Positions 18,948-29,423 of a DNA stretch of 64,000 nucleotides are shown piece by piece; within the stretch, counting starts at the first letter, position 1, and every line of letters starts with the position of its first letter. Under the pieces are notes generated by a model that had not been told where the DNA came from, did no database searches, and saw only the letters and a program-made list of their open reading frames with translations. The position numbers and the translations under genes are program-made. Where the stretch lies: NCBI GenBank assembly GCA_021463465.1, contig JAJTYH010000003.1, positions 147,549 to 211,548 on the forward strand, written 5' to 3'. The stretch comes from a bacterium. Its GTDB lineage: Bacteria; Patescibacteriota; Dojkabacteria; SC72.

Positions 18948-20764
18948 GTCTTAAGAATAGCCAAAAAAGCCTCCTGCGGAATATTGACTCTTCCAATCTG
19001 TTTAAGTCGCTTCTTACCCTTCTTCTGCTTATCCCAAAGCTTCATTCGGCGAGTGATGTCGCCTCCGTATAGCTTAGCTGTAACATCTTTTCGAAAAGCT
19101 TTGATATCTTCTCGGGCAATAATTTTTCCTCCAATCGCACCTTGTAGCGGGATTTGAAACTGTTGTTTAGGTATTACATCTTTCATGATTTCAAGTAACT
19201 TAGCCGCTCGAATTCTAGCTTGTTCTCGGGTTTCTAAGAAGCTTAAGGCATTTACTTCTTCATGGTTAACAATGATACTCACTTTGACCAAATCGACAGG
19301 GAAAAAATCTATGAACTCATACTCCATCGATGCGTATCCGCTGGAAATATTTTTCAATGTGTCGAAAAAGTCGGAAATAAGGGAGGCGAGGGGCATGTCG
19401 TATTGAAGATTAACATAGATATCTCCCATAATTTTCTCGTTGGAAGTGTTCAGGTATTTGGTATTAACATATTGTCCTCTTTTTTTCTGCATTAAATCCA
19501 TTATATGACCCATGTACTTTTCAGGAGTTAAAATTTCAGTTCGTACCCATGGTTCGGAAATTTCTGTCACAGTGGAACTGTCAGGCATTTCACTTGGGGT
19601 TTGTACAATCAATTTCTCTCCATCACTTTTGGTTATGTGATACTCCACTGTTGGTGCGGTGATTACCAAATCTACCCCATATTCTCGTTCCAATCTTTCT
19701 TGCACAATTTCCATGTGCAATAGCCCTAGGAAACCACATCTGAATCCTGATCCCAGCATTGTAGAACGTTGGTCAGTGTAGGTAAGGGCTGCATCATTTA
19801 AGGCGAGTTTGCTAAGTCCTATTTTGAGCATCTCATATCCTTCTGGGTCAGATGGGAAGAAGGTCGCAAAGACGTTTGGTTGAGGGGTTTGGTATCCGGG
19901 AAGCGGAGCTACCTTGTTGTCGGTGGTAATTGTATCACCGACCGTGAAATATTTGATATCTTTAAGCCCAGTTGCCATGTATCCGACCTCTCCCGCCTTC
20001 ATGTTTCGTGTCTCTTTAAGTTCAGGAGAAAAAATTCCCACCTCGGTAGGGAAGAAGGTCTCAGATTTTTGAAGTATGTAAAGTGGTTGGTCTTTCTTAT
20101 GCGAGTAGTTGTATTGGCCATCAAAAGCACGAAGTGCTACCACGACCCCTAGGTGTTCATCGTAGAATGAGTCGAAGATTAAAGCTTTGAAGGGTGCGTC
20201 TAAATCCCCAGTAGGTACTGGAGCTTTTTCCACTATGGCATCTAGTAACTGATCGACGTTTTGTCCGGTCTTGCCTGAGACCCTTATGATTTCTTCTCGC
20301 TCGAAGTTAAGAAGACCTGCAATTTCTTGTTCACGCTCTTCTAATTTAACACCATCCATATCAATCTTATTGATTACAGGAATGATCTTAAGCCCCAGGT
20401 CGAGTGCCTTGCGAGTATTTGAAATAGTTTGAGCCTGGATGCCTTGGGTTGCATCAATCAAAAGTATGGCGCAGTCACATGCTGCAAGTGAGCGGGAGAC
20501 TTCGTAAGAGAAATCTACATGGCCTGGGGTATCGATAAGATTTAGCTCATACCCTTTCCAATTCATTCTGACAGCCTGTAGTTTTATGGTAATACCTTTC
20601 TCTTGTTCGAGATCTAATCGATCAAGGATTCTCTCGGATCGTTTCTCTCTTTCAAGTACAGAGTGGGTGAGTTCCAACATTCGGTCAGCTAAAGTGGATT
20701 TACCATGATCGATATGGGCGATGATGGAAAAGTTACGAATTTTAGACATATCAAATGAAGGCAT
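18944..20764 (-). CDS. lepA: Elongation factor 4
   Basis: IRNFSIIAHIDHGKSTLADR, GFRCGFLGLLH, KDVTAKLYGGDITR. Confidence 0.98.
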   Translation of the reverse strand: MPSFDMSKIRNFSIIAHIDHGKSTLADRMLELTHSVLEREKRSERILDRLDLEQEKGITIKLQAVRMNWKGYELNLIDTPGHVDFSYEVSRSLAACDCAILLIDATQGIQAQTISNTRKALDLGLKIIPVINKIDMDGVKLEEREQEIAGLLNFEREEIIRVSGKTGQNVDQLLDAIVEKAPVPTGDLDAPFKALIFDSFYDEHLGVVVALRAFDGQYNYSHKKDQPLYILQKSETFFPTEVGIFSPELKETRNMKAGEVGYMATGLKDIKYFTVGDTITTDNKVAPLPGYQTPQPNVFATFFPSDPEGYEMLKIGLSKLALNDAALTYTDQRSTMLGSGFRCGFLGLLHMEIVQERLEREYGVDLVITAPTVEYHITKSDGEKLIVQTPSEMPDSSTVTEISEPWVRTEILTPEKYMGHIMDLMQKKRGQYVNTKYLNTSNEKIMGDIYVNLQYDMPLASLISDFFDTLKNISSGYASMEYEFIDFFPVDLVKVSIIVNHEEVNALSFLETREQARIRAAKLLEIMKDVIPKQQFQIPLQGAIGGKIIAREDIKAFRKDVTAKLYGGDITRRMKLWDKQKKGKKRLKQIGRVNIPQEAFLAILKT

Positions 20765-20803
20765 ACCTGGTAATTATATGCTATTTAGGCTAAAAATGTA
20801 TAT

Positions 20804-21361
20804 TTACTTACATAGATAATTCAATGTTTGTGCTGAATCCAAAACAGCTGATTTGGTTTTAGTGATGGTTTCAAAATCTCCAATTAGTTCCATTGCTTGG
20901 GTAGGGTGATCATATTCAAATAAGTCTAATGTAAGCGTGTGATTATCTGGACGAAATATTGCCACTGACAGTTTGTCATCTGCTAGGTTACCAGGTGCAA
21001 TTATTGCCAAGAAATATGGATTACCTTCTTCGTAACAGATTGCTAACCCTCTTACTTTATCGCCTTCGACTAAACTTTGAAGTCTCTTGTTTCGTGTTGA
21101 AGTTTGATTTAAAGCGTCAAGAACAAAATTCATAAAGTATGTTTTTAATGGCTTCATCGAAACAGGCATTAAATCTACTCTGGGGCAGACAAAGATGGTC
21201 TTTTTCTCTTCGCTTACTTTTAATTTAATGGAATTACCCAACCCTAACTCCACATACATAATTATTGACTCGGCAATTTCTTGAATTGGGGTGTTTTTGA
21301 ATACTCTTAAAACTTCAGACTTCTTTGGATGTTCTTTTACAAGAGTTACTCCTGATGTCAT
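20804..21361 (-). CDS. Hypothetical protein (orphan)
   Basis: 185-aa ORF with ATGA overlap to the upstream ORF; no recognised motif. Confidence 0.6.
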   Translation of the reverse strand: MTSGVTLVKEHPKKSEVLRVFKNTPIQEIAESIIMYVELGLGNSIKLKVSEEKKTIFVCPRVDLMPVSMKPLKTYFMNFVLDALNQTSTRNKRLQSLVEGDKVRGLAICYEEGNPYFLAIIAPGNLADDKLSVAIFRPDNHTLTLDLFEYDHPTQAMELIGDFETITKTKSAVLDSAQTLNYLCK

Positions 21362-21801
21362 AATTCAAGTCCTGGATATTCATCAGCTCTGCAAATCTCG
21401 ACTAAATTATCCCGTGTTCCTTGAATTATTCTTGGATCTGATGTGAACGTGAAGTAGACTGCCTTTAAAGTTCCTTTGTCATTTTGTTCTGGTACTTCGG
21501 AGATAACTGGAGGAATAACATAAAACTCTTCTCTATTAAGAAATTTCGTCAAAATCAATCCTAACGTTTCCTCAACAAATTTTACCTTATCATTAAAGTT
21601 TTCGTCGTTTTGTATTGTTACAGTTATGGATATACTCTTATTCTCATCAAATCTGGTTTCTGTTGTATTTGTAAAGGCTTCTTCACTGACAGTAAGTACA
21701 CCTTCTGAAATTAAATCCTTTAATGTAGTCTCTATTTCGCTTTTGGCTTGAGTGTATCTTTGTTCTAGTGAGTGATTAGGCTCCACATGGTCAGCTACCA
21801 T
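21358..21801 (-). CDS. Hypothetical acidic protein (orphan)
   Basis: 147-aa ORF with upstream TAAAAT/TATAAT motifs. Confidence 0.6.
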   Translation of the reverse strand: MVADHVEPNHSLEQRYTQAKSEIETTLKDLISEGVLTVSEEAFTNTTETRFDENKSISITVTIQNDENFNDKVKFVEETLGLILTKFLNREEFYVIPPVISEVPEQNDKGTLKAVYFTFTSDPRIIQGTRDNLVEICRADEYPGLEL

Positions 21802-21857
21802 ATAATAAGGGTGAATATATTATAGGGTGTTATTTTACTACTTTAAGTGGCAAAAAT

Positions 21858-22415
21858 CTATTTTTGCACTATAGTAACCTCAACATTTTCGTTGAAGCGT
21901 AAGGGGGTAGAAGTATCGAACTTCAAATACATAATATCTTTAGTTCTGTCGGGGATCCTTATATTGGCGACGTTTGTTATCCCATTCTCATCCTGTATGA
22001 GATACTCTTTCTCACGGTAAATAAGGTAAAGAGGAATATTAGTTCGGTTTGAACTACCGCCAGTGACTTCAAGGTTCATTGCGCTTTCGTAATTATTGGA
22101 AAGTTGAAGTATTGGTTTGGAGTAGCTTCCGATGTCGTGTTTAATCATCTGTGCTTCATACTTGCTAACACCTTCACTTGGGAAGCTGATTCGTTCGTCT
22201 TTGAGGAAATCATGGACTCCGCCAACCATTACGACTGAAACATCTTTCTTACTTTCAACTCCGAGTACATTGTTTACCTGATTGGAACGAGGGGAAAGGT
22301 TTACAACCGTGAGAGCAGGGAGTACGAAGACAGCAAGGAGTAAAAAAAGGCCCACAGGGTCAAGGAATTTACCGAGTTTGTTGTATACCCTTTTGAATTC
22401 TCTACTAGCCATCAT
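21858..22415 (-). CDS. Membrane-anchored hypothetical protein
   Basis: N-terminal TM, NVLG motif, beta-rich remainder. Confidence 0.7.
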   Translation of the reverse strand: MMASREFKRVYNKLGKFLDPVGLFLLLAVFVLPALTVVNLSPRSNQVNNVLGVESKKDVSVVMVGGVHDFLKDERISFPSEGVSKYEAQMIKHDIGSYSKPILQLSNNYESAMNLEVTGGSSNRTNIPLYLIYREKEYLIQDENGITNVANIRIPDRTKDIMYLKFDTSTPLRFNENVEVTIVQK

Positions 22416-22963
22416 AGATATCTGTTGCTCTCCTCTGGGTATATTCTATCAGTTTCTGACTCAAATGTCTTAAGCAAACCCCAGGTTGAAAGTAGTGCGA
22501 GTGCTCCTCCTAGGATACCCACCCAGGAATAAGTCTGCATATTAACGCTGCTTGCGATTGTTACACCGGCAATTATCCAAAGAAAAACTGTCCAAATTAG
22601 CATATTTACCAAGTTGCTTTCTTGGCTTGTGACCCATTTCAAGATGTTTAGTCTGGTCAATTTGACGACAATTCTTGGATTGCTTTGTGCGCTTTTGAAA
22701 AGTGTAAGACGAATGAGCATGTAAAAGGTCGGTAGTGCTATCACAAGCAAAGTGATAAGGTTGGAAAATGAATTTACAAAAAGAGCTGATTGAATGTCAG
22801 TTAAATAAAGTTGAATAGTGAAGATGGAAGTAACATCATTAGTTACAAAGAAATTATTCCCGAGATAGGAAATGAGGAAAAAGACCGAAAGAAACTTACC
22901 AGTCACAAGCAGTGAAGCTGGCAAGATTGCACTTTTAAGCGCTTTTCTTAGCAGTTTCGACAT
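22412..22963 (-). CDS. Four-TM hypothetical membrane protein
   Basis: Four hydrophobic segments; start overlaps the 3' end of rpsT. Confidence 0.7.
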   Translation of the reverse strand: MSKLLRKALKSAILPASLLVTGKFLSVFFLISYLGNNFFVTNDVTSIFTIQLYLTDIQSALFVNSFSNLITLLVIALPTFYMLIRLTLFKSAQSNPRIVVKLTRLNILKWVTSQESNLVNMLIWTVFLWIIAGVTIASSVNMQTYSWVGILGGALALLSTWGLLKTFESETDRIYPEESNRYL

Positions 22964-23234
22964 TGGCGGCAGTAATTAGTTTGTTTAACTTTTTAGTTAA
23001 TCTCGAAATAGTTCGACCCGTGGATTTCTTGTTGAGTATATTTCGCTGAGAAGCTTTGCCAAGTACTTTGGCGACCTTAGGAAGAGCTTCTTTAGCCTTC
23101 TCAACATTGTTAGCCACAATGTACGTGTTGAAAGATTTAACAGATTTCTTCACTCGGTTTCGAACTCTATCGTTGAAAAGAGTGCGTCGCTGCGTTCGTC
23201 TTATATCTTTTTTAGAAGATGCGAGATTTGCCAT
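22935..23234 (-). CDS. rpsT: 30S ribosomal protein S20
   Basis: MANLASSKKDIR...N...R...GKASQRNILNKK..GR.ISRL. Start ATG 23234. Confidence 0.92.
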   Translation of the reverse strand: MANLASSKKDIRRTQRRTLFNDRVRNRVKKSVKSFNTYIVANNVEKAKEALPKVAKVLGKASQRNILNKKSTGRTISRLTKKLNKLITAANVETAKKSA

Positions 23235-23325
23235 TTTTACAAACAAAATTTAAGAATGATTCTGAGCCGATTATATAGTTAAATTAATGGTTTGTAAACC
23301 AGTTGCTATGTGTTAAACTGAAAAT

Positions 23326-23751
23326 ATGAGGTTTGAAACCAAAGTCGCTATCCTTTTCGCAGTTTTATCTTTTTCCCTAATCTCTGTAGCCGTCTGGTTG
23401 AGGATGCAAAATGCCCAACAAGAGCTACGTAAAAGCGATTCTCAGGTGCAAGGGACTGCAGATTACTCACTTTATCCTTCAATCACCAACATTGCTCCCA
23501 ATATTGCGGTTGTGGATCAATTATACCGTTATGACATGGTTATTGTAGACGCAGACAGTGCACCGATAAATATAAGGGTGAAGATGTTGGAAGGACCAGC
23601 CTGGCTTAATATTGATAAATTTACCTTGAGTGGCGTACCTTCCTTTCCTCAAAGTGAGGCAAGTAAGGTTGTACTTGAAGTTAGCGACGGGGAGCATGTA
23701 ATATATTCCACATTCTATATCGTAATAATGCTTCCTGATGAAAACGAATAA
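23326..23751 (+). CDS. Membrane-anchored Ig/cadherin-like domain protein
   Basis: TM, then DAD, GPAWL, LSGVP, VSDG motifs typical of He_PIG/cadherin-like repeats. Confidence 0.75.
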   Translation: MRFETKVAILFAVLSFSLISVAVWLRMQNAQQELRKSDSQVQGTADYSLYPSITNIAPNIAVVDQLYRYDMVIVDADSAPINIRVKMLEGPAWLNIDKFTLSGVPSFPQSEASKVVLEVSDGEHVIYSTFYIVIMLPDENE

Positions 23752-24127
23752 ACTGTTGTTTATAGGTATCCTTGTAACTGCGGTTATTACATCTGGACTC
23801 TTTGCTTACTATTTCGTTTATTTACCGAATAAAACTACTAGTAATGTAGGGGGGTGTAGTCCTACTAAATTCCGCCAGGAAAAGAATGGAGAAGAGTACT
23901 TTCTCTTTTGGACAACTCTTGATGAATGCACAGGATATGTCAAATATGGCAATACAGCGGAAGCCTTTCCTTATCTGGCAGTCGATCAGCAGGGAGTGGT
24001 CAAAGTCAGGGAGCATGAAGTAAAACTCTCAGGAATAACCAAAGGCAGCACGTACTATTTTGTAATCTTTTCGAACGAGAAAAGTTTTGGGAATGAAGGC
24101 AGACCTCTAATCCTTAGTTTCGAATAG
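23738..24127 (+). CDS. Membrane-anchored fibronectin type III-like domain protein
   Basis: TM, WTT, VKYG, HEVKLSGI..GSTYYF. Confidence 0.75.
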   Translation: MKTNKLLFIGILVTAVITSGLFAYYFVYLPNKTTSNVGGCSPTKFRQEKNGEEYFLFWTTLDECTGYVKYGNTAEAFPYLAVDQQGVVKVREHEVKLSGITKGSTYYFVIFSNEKSFGNEGRPLILSFE

Positions 24128-25970
24128 TTTTATTCTTTTCTAGTTTCTCTATAAACTTCTCTTCGAAGTATCTCTGTGGATCATTTGATTTGAGACCAAT
24201 ATTTCTTACAGTCTTTCCAAGAGTTGAATTGATTAGCTTATTGCTCACATTTAATCCGCTTTGTGAGAAGTAGAAGAAGAGTCCAAGTAATATGGTGAAT
24301 ACCGCGAGTGCTACTCGTGAAATAGTACTGTCAAATAATGCTGTCTCAGGTGAAGTACAGTTTTGAGACACTGAAACAGAGACACTACTTCTTAGGCTAT
24401 CATCATCTTTTGGTGTATTTACTGGGATTGCAATAGCCTCATTTAGGTTACTGCCTGATAGAGCCGAGGAACTAACATTAGCGCTGAAACGTATTGTAAG
24501 GCTATCTCCCGAATCTATTGTCCAACCTCCATTAGTTGAAAAGGTAATTTGCTGAGTACTTCCAACAGTTTCTACATCAATAAAATCGCTATCATCGACC
24601 AATGAACCGTTAATATAAGTAGAATTGGTCTTGTAAGTAAATCCTAACGGCAGTTTATCTTCTATACGTGTAACTCCTTCATCATCTGAATCGGTATTTT
24701 GAATTGAGATTGTGTAAGTGAGTGAGTTACTACGTTCAACACAAGCGACCGAAGCGGTTTTATCTAGTGTGAAATCAGAAGTTTCTGTTTCTTCGTTTGG
24801 TTTTTCCTCTTGAGGGTTAGTTGGCTCCTCTTCTTCTGGTTCTTCTTCGTTAGGCTCCTCAGGTGTCTCTTCTACAGGATTCTTTGGCCCTTCTTGTATA
24901 GCTGGAATCTCAAATTCTCCAATACAGTTATCTGAATTAATCAAACTACCATCGACATATACTTGCGAAGAAATATTGAGGGTACCCATTTCATCATCGA
25001 TGACTGAGAACGATTTTCCGTCAATGAAATTGGAAGCAGAGTATAGGAAGGATTTGGTAAGGACTAGAGATGAACCCGACATTTGAGACTTAATGTTCTT
25101 AGTAGTTAAAGTCTCGCCAGTTTTACCCACCGTAAACTTCACAGAGAGTGTATTAGTAGGGGTTACTGATGCCATACTTAGGTTGATTTCGTTAACTTTT
25201 GGTTTCTGATTAGTATCGTTGACAACTTCAGCTCTTAATTCAGTGCAAGTTGGAGCGTTAGGCTTGTTTACTGTCAATACGCGGTTACAAGCTTCTGAGG
25301 TAATCTGTGCACCAGTCGTTGATTGACCGAAGGCTTGAATGCTCAGGGTATCAGAAGTTGAATAATCTGGGATTGTTGTAGTGACAAGATATTCTTTGTC
25401 GACTCCGGTTCCACTAGATGTAGCTTGGTCCTTTTGCATTTCTGTCTTAGCGCCGTTAACTACAAATGAGAATCCAGAATAGAAGTCCTGGTCAGGGGTT
25501 GTAATGTTTTTTGGAGTAGTGAATTTGGCTTTGATTGTAAGTTTTTGTCCTGGTTCGACCTTATTGGCATATCGCTTCTGTGCGGTGTCTTCGATAGAAA
25601 TATCGACACATCCTGGGTTGATTGCAAAATCATCAACACGGCAGGCAAGGGTGGTTTGGTTCTCCTCCTTAAGGCTTGAGGCTGTTCTTAGGTCACAGCT
25701 TGCCGAACAATTGTTGTTGCCTTGTATTGTACCTGTCTGGAATTCATAGGCCATCTTAGGATTAGCATCAGCACAGCTTTTGACTGTGTCAGTAGCTGCT
25801 ACAAAATAACAACCACAACCTTGCGATGCATTGGTATTTTGAGGTGAAATATCGTTGATTTTAAGATAGAAATATCCGGTTATCAAACTGGCTACCGCAA
25901 GTACTGCTGTAAATACCAATATAAGCGTTACTGTTTTTTTTGTACGTTTAGCTGCTGCTAAAGGATCCAT
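24114..25970 (-). CDS. Surface protein with DUF11-like domain and C-terminal sorting-like signal
   Basis: N-terminal TM; Cys pairs; P/E-rich linker; LDKTA..LTYTISIQN..IEDKLPLGFTY (DUF11-like); SPETAL then TM then basic tail. Confidence 0.8.
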   Translation of the reverse strand: MDPLAAAKRTKKTVTLILVFTAVLAVASLITGYFYLKINDISPQNTNASQGCGCYFVAATDTVKSCADANPKMAYEFQTGTIQGNNNCSASCDLRTASSLKEENQTTLACRVDDFAINPGCVDISIEDTAQKRYANKVEPGQKLTIKAKFTTPKNITTPDQDFYSGFSFVVNGAKTEMQKDQATSSGTGVDKEYLVTTTIPDYSTSDTLSIQAFGQSTTGAQITSEACNRVLTVNKPNAPTCTELRAEVVNDTNQKPKVNEINLSMASVTPTNTLSVKFTVGKTGETLTTKNIKSQMSGSSLVLTKSFLYSASNFIDGKSFSVIDDEMGTLNISSQVYVDGSLINSDNCIGEFEIPAIQEGPKNPVEETPEEPNEEEPEEEEPTNPQEEKPNEETETSDFTLDKTASVACVERSNSLTYTISIQNTDSDDEGVTRIEDKLPLGFTYKTNSTYINGSLVDDSDFIDVETVGSTQQITFSTNGGWTIDSGDSLTIRFSANVSSSALSGSNLNEAIAIPVNTPKDDDSLRSSVSVSVSQNCTSPETALFDSTISRVALAVFTILLGLFFYFSQSGLNVSNKLINSTLGKTVRNIGLKSNDPQRYFEEKFIEKLEKNKTIRN

Positions 25971-26047
25971 GAGCAGTTAAAAGGCGTAATATTACTACAA
26001 GTTTCAGTTTAATTAATATCATTTGCACTGTCAATGAATATACGCAT

Positions 26048-26977
26048 TTAGATGCGATTTAGAAGGAGGGTTAATCCTGTTTGAGGCTCAATATTTCCGC
26101 GTTTTATTTCGAAATCGAGACTGGCCATTTTCTCGTATAAGTACTTCATTTTGCCCCACTCACTTTTTTTGGCACTCAAAGAGAGTTGCGGAAGGGTAAA
26201 TGGAGGAATCCGTAGGACTGAACTTATGGTTTTAAAATCGGTATTCTTGTCTAACAAAGTTTTGACTTGAGTCAATAGCCGCAGGTTGCGTGCCATCATA
26301 GCAATTATGAAGTTGGGATCAACCTGTTGGTTATATAACCTTTCCAAGGTGGAGAATACCTCAACTTTATTATCTTGATTGATAGCATCTGTTAAATCCC
26401 AAATATCTTGCTCGTATGTATCCGTGGTGTTTTCAGTAATAATCTCCTTGGTTAACGTTTTGATTTCTAAGATTTCATATTTGTCTACCTCGTTAATTAA
26501 TCGTTCGGGGGAGTAGTTGACGCGCTGACATAGTAGCATTAAAGTGGCACGATCGCTTTTAATCCCAGCTTTTTCCAATTGTTCGGCCGCCCATTTGTAG
26601 AAATTAGGTTTGTTCATTAGTACTGATTCTTGTATGTTTTTCTTGAAAGCCTTGAAAAACTTCGTGTTTGAAGCAATTTTATGATCCTCCCAGAATACAA
26701 AGTGGTAACTATTTTCTAAAGTATCAAAAGATGAGATTAAGAATGATACTAGATCCTCCTTCCGCTTATTGCTAAAAAGTCTTTTGAGAAAGATAATTTT
26801 TGAAGTAGAGAAGAGAGGGTTAGTAGTGACTATGCTAATGATGCTTTCCGGACTTTTATCATGAGCCTCAACCACAACGATTTCAAATTCGGGGTTTTCC
26901 TGGCGTAATTGTTCTAGAAAGCCTTTTGCTTCCCTGAGGGATAAGAATTGCTCTTTGCCATGAAAGAGTTTTTTCAT
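26048..26977 (-). CDS. holA: DNA polymerase III delta subunit
   Basis: LFHGKE, PLFS..KIIFLK, NEVDK, IWDLTDAI, DFEIKRG. Confidence 0.88.
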   Translation of the reverse strand: MKKLFHGKEQFLSLREAKGFLEQLRQENPEFEIVVVEAHDKSPESIISIVTTNPLFSTSKIIFLKRLFSNKRKEDLVSFLISSFDTLENSYHFVFWEDHKIASNTKFFKAFKKNIQESVLMNKPNFYKWAAEQLEKAGIKSDRATLMLLCQRVNYSPERLINEVDKYEILEIKTLTKEIITENTTDTYEQDIWDLTDAINQDNKVEVFSTLERLYNQQVDPNFIIAMMARNLRLLTQVKTLLDKNTDFKTISSVLRIPPFTLPQLSLSAKKSEWGKMKYLYEKMASLDFEIKRGNIEPQTGLTLLLNRI

Positions 26978-26978
26978 C

Positions 26979-28415
26979 TTACTCTGTGTTAGCTTGATCT
27001 ACAACTAAGGGCTTGCCTAACAAGATGCTTACATCCTCTCCATTTAGATTAGTCTTTATATAGTCAGGTTGTGTTATATTCTCAGTTTTTAGGTAAGTCG
27101 CGAATTCGTTGGCAATTATTGAGAATTTGTTTTGGTGGGAGTAAACAACATCGCCCTTTTTGTTGGGAAAAAGCGTACCCATAAAGGTAATATCCAAGTA
27201 AGGGTACTTTTTCTTCATTCGAGTTACTTTCTTTACGGCTTCATTGTAGCCAATACCTGTATCATAAACCCTTATCTTAGCTGTGAGAGAGTAGATTTCA
27301 GGTTTGGTAAGGCACAACTGCACAAGCTCTTTGACTTGGGTGTAGTTATCAATACCCGCGAGAGGGGCAATTGCGTATGCGTTAGTGTAGGGGACGTTAG
27401 TTGTAAGTAATTGGTAGCCTCCGAATGAAGGCTCTAGTACGAAAGAATAAACCTTGCCAGGTTTTTCTTGATACTTTTTGGCCATATTGATTCCTGCTTG
27501 AATATCATTGTTGGTAACTTCTGATAACTTCACGTTGTCTTGAATTGCCTGCATTATGCTCAAAATCTTTTGAGGGTTAAGTAGGGTGTCGGTTGACACA
27601 ATCTTATCCTTAAGTGCTGAAATGACCTTCTGCTGTCTTTTGGCACGAGCGAAATCAGTACCCTCATTGTTATCTGAACTGTGTCGAGATCTAGCGTATT
27701 TAAGGGCCGTTTCTCCGTCCATTTTCTGTGGTCCCTTCTTGAATGTCACTGTCTCGTAGACAGGTTTGCGCTTGGATTCAGCTGGATATTGGTAGTCTGT
27801 GAAAGAATTTTCCACATTAACTGTAACTCCTCCCACTGCGTCAACAATTTTTTTGAAGCCCTGTAGATCAACTAAAGCGTGATATTGAATCTCGATTCCT
27901 GTAAGTGAAGTAAGCACATTTCTCAAATAGTTAAGTCCGTTACCCTTCTTAAGGCTTTCTCCGTGGGCATAAAAAGAATTTATCTTACTGTACCAGCCTT
28001 CATTTGGAATCTTAACGTACAAATCTCTTGGAACAGAAATCATTGTGATGTTGCCATTCTCATGGTTATAAGTCGCAATAATCATGGAGTCGGTGTTTTG
28101 TAAATCACTTTTTGCACTTCTGGTGTCGATTCCTACGATTAAGGCGGTTGTATATTTACCAGTACTATCTCTAGTCAGCTCAGGGTCCTTTTTGATTGGG
28201 TTTAATATGTCATCAGGTTGGAATTTAATCCCCACGTTATTTGAGAACTCGATGGCTCTGTAAGCCATAAAACCACCGCCAATGAGTAGTATCAGAAAAA
28301 TCCAGAATAACCACTTTTTCAATTTAGGTTTGGGTTTTACAGGAACTTGAACGCCATTAACAGTTGTAGTAACGGGTAAAGTTTTTTTAGCGTCCATATT
28401 CAGACTCAAAGCCAT
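26979..28415 (-). CDS. LytR-CpsA-Psr (LCP) family protein
   Basis: LIVGIDTR, TDS, SVPRD, KINS, VDAVGGV, ARSRH, DFARAKRQQ. Confidence 0.93.
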   Translation of the reverse strand: MALSLNMDAKKTLPVTTTVNGVQVPVKPKPKLKKWLFWIFLILLIGGGFMAYRAIEFSNNVGIKFQPDDILNPIKKDPELTRDSTGKYTTALIVGIDTRSAKSDLQNTDSMIIATYNHENGNITMISVPRDLYVKIPNEGWYSKINSFYAHGESLKKGNGLNYLRNVLTSLTGIEIQYHALVDLQGFKKIVDAVGGVTVNVENSFTDYQYPAESKRKPVYETVTFKKGPQKMDGETALKYARSRHSSDNNEGTDFARAKRQQKVISALKDKIVSTDTLLNPQKILSIMQAIQDNVKLSEVTNNDIQAGINMAKKYQEKPGKVYSFVLEPSFGGYQLLTTNVPYTNAYAIAPLAGIDNYTQVKELVQLCLTKPEIYSLTAKIRVYDTGIGYNEAVKKVTRMKKKYPYLDITFMGTLFPNKKGDVVYSHQNKFSIIANEFATYLKTENITQPDYIKTNLNGEDVSILLGKPLVVDQANTE

Positions 28416-28430
28416 TTTCTTTACGGATTA

Positions 28431-29423
28431 TTATCTTAGATGGTTTGCAATATTGGTCTCGTGTTCTGCGAGAGTTTTAGCGAAATACACTTTACCATCA
28501 TTATCATGAATATAGTAGTAGTATGGATTTTTTTTCGGGTTTTTAGCTGCCGCAATAGCAGAAAGCCCTGGATTACAAATAGGGGTAGGAGGGAGGCCTA
28601 CTCGGAAATAGGTATTGTATGGTTGATCTTGTTTCTTGTCAGCTTCAGTAATTACGTGCTTCCAATCTTTGAAGTGATAAAGGATTGTGGCGTCGATTTG
28701 GAGTAACCAACCTTCATTAAGTCTTTTCTCAATTACATCAGCAATCATAGGGCGGTCAGAATTACTCAAGCCTTCTCGCTCAAGCATACTTGCAATGATA
28801 ATCTCCTTATAAGTAGCGCCGTTGGTTTTGGTTTTGAAGTTGTCCAGCATTGCTGTGATTACATACTCTGTAGTTGCTTGTGCGGGCATCAGATATTTAT
28901 CAGGAAAAAGGTAGCCTTCTAAGTCTTTTACTCCTTCAAACCCTTGAGCTTTAATAAACTGGGTATCTTTTGTGAAAGAGAGAAACTCTTTAGAAGAAAA
29001 GACTGCTCCCATAATTCCTTCGTATTCGTTTGCAATAATTTTGGCTATCTCGTCTTTACGAAGCCCTTCTGGGATAGTTACCCAAATATCTGTAATCTCT
29101 GGATTTTCAAGTAGCGTCATCATATCTTTTGGAGAGGTATTTGCAGGAACTTTGTAAGCGCCTACTTTGAAGTTAGGCTGTTTTTCTGTACGGATATAAA
29201 GCTTGAGTGCAAGTTCTTGTTGTTGATTGATGAAATTTTCAATTCGAAGTTTCGCAAGTACATTATCAGCAGTTTCTCCTTCAGTGATTTTGAAAGTCTT
29301 TACTGACGTATCATTGGAAGAAGTCGCCGTTAAAATAGCGTTGTATTTGCTGTATAGAAAGATTCCCATACACGCAAGCACAAGCAAAAATATGAAGAAT
29401 ATTCTCATGAAAAATTTAATCAC
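28431..29423 (-). CDS. mltG: Endolytic transglycosylase MltG
   Basis: TIPEG, LEGYLFPDKY, IASMLERE, LQIDAT, PYNTY..GLPPTPICNPG. Confidence 0.95.
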   Translation of the reverse strand: MIKFFMRIFFIFLLVLACMGIFLYSKYNAILTATSSNDTSVKTFKITEGETADNVLAKLRIENFINQQQELALKLYIRTEKQPNFKVGAYKVPANTSPKDMMTLLENPEITDIWVTIPEGLRKDEIAKIIANEYEGIMGAVFSSKEFLSFTKDTQFIKAQGFEGVKDLEGYLFPDKYLMPAQATTEYVITAMLDNFKTKTNGATYKEIIIASMLEREGLSNSDRPMIADVIEKRLNEGWLLQIDATILYHFKDWKHVITEADKKQDQPYNTYFRVGLPPTPICNPGLSAIAAAKNPKKNPYYYYIHDNDGKVYFAKTLAEHETNIANHLR

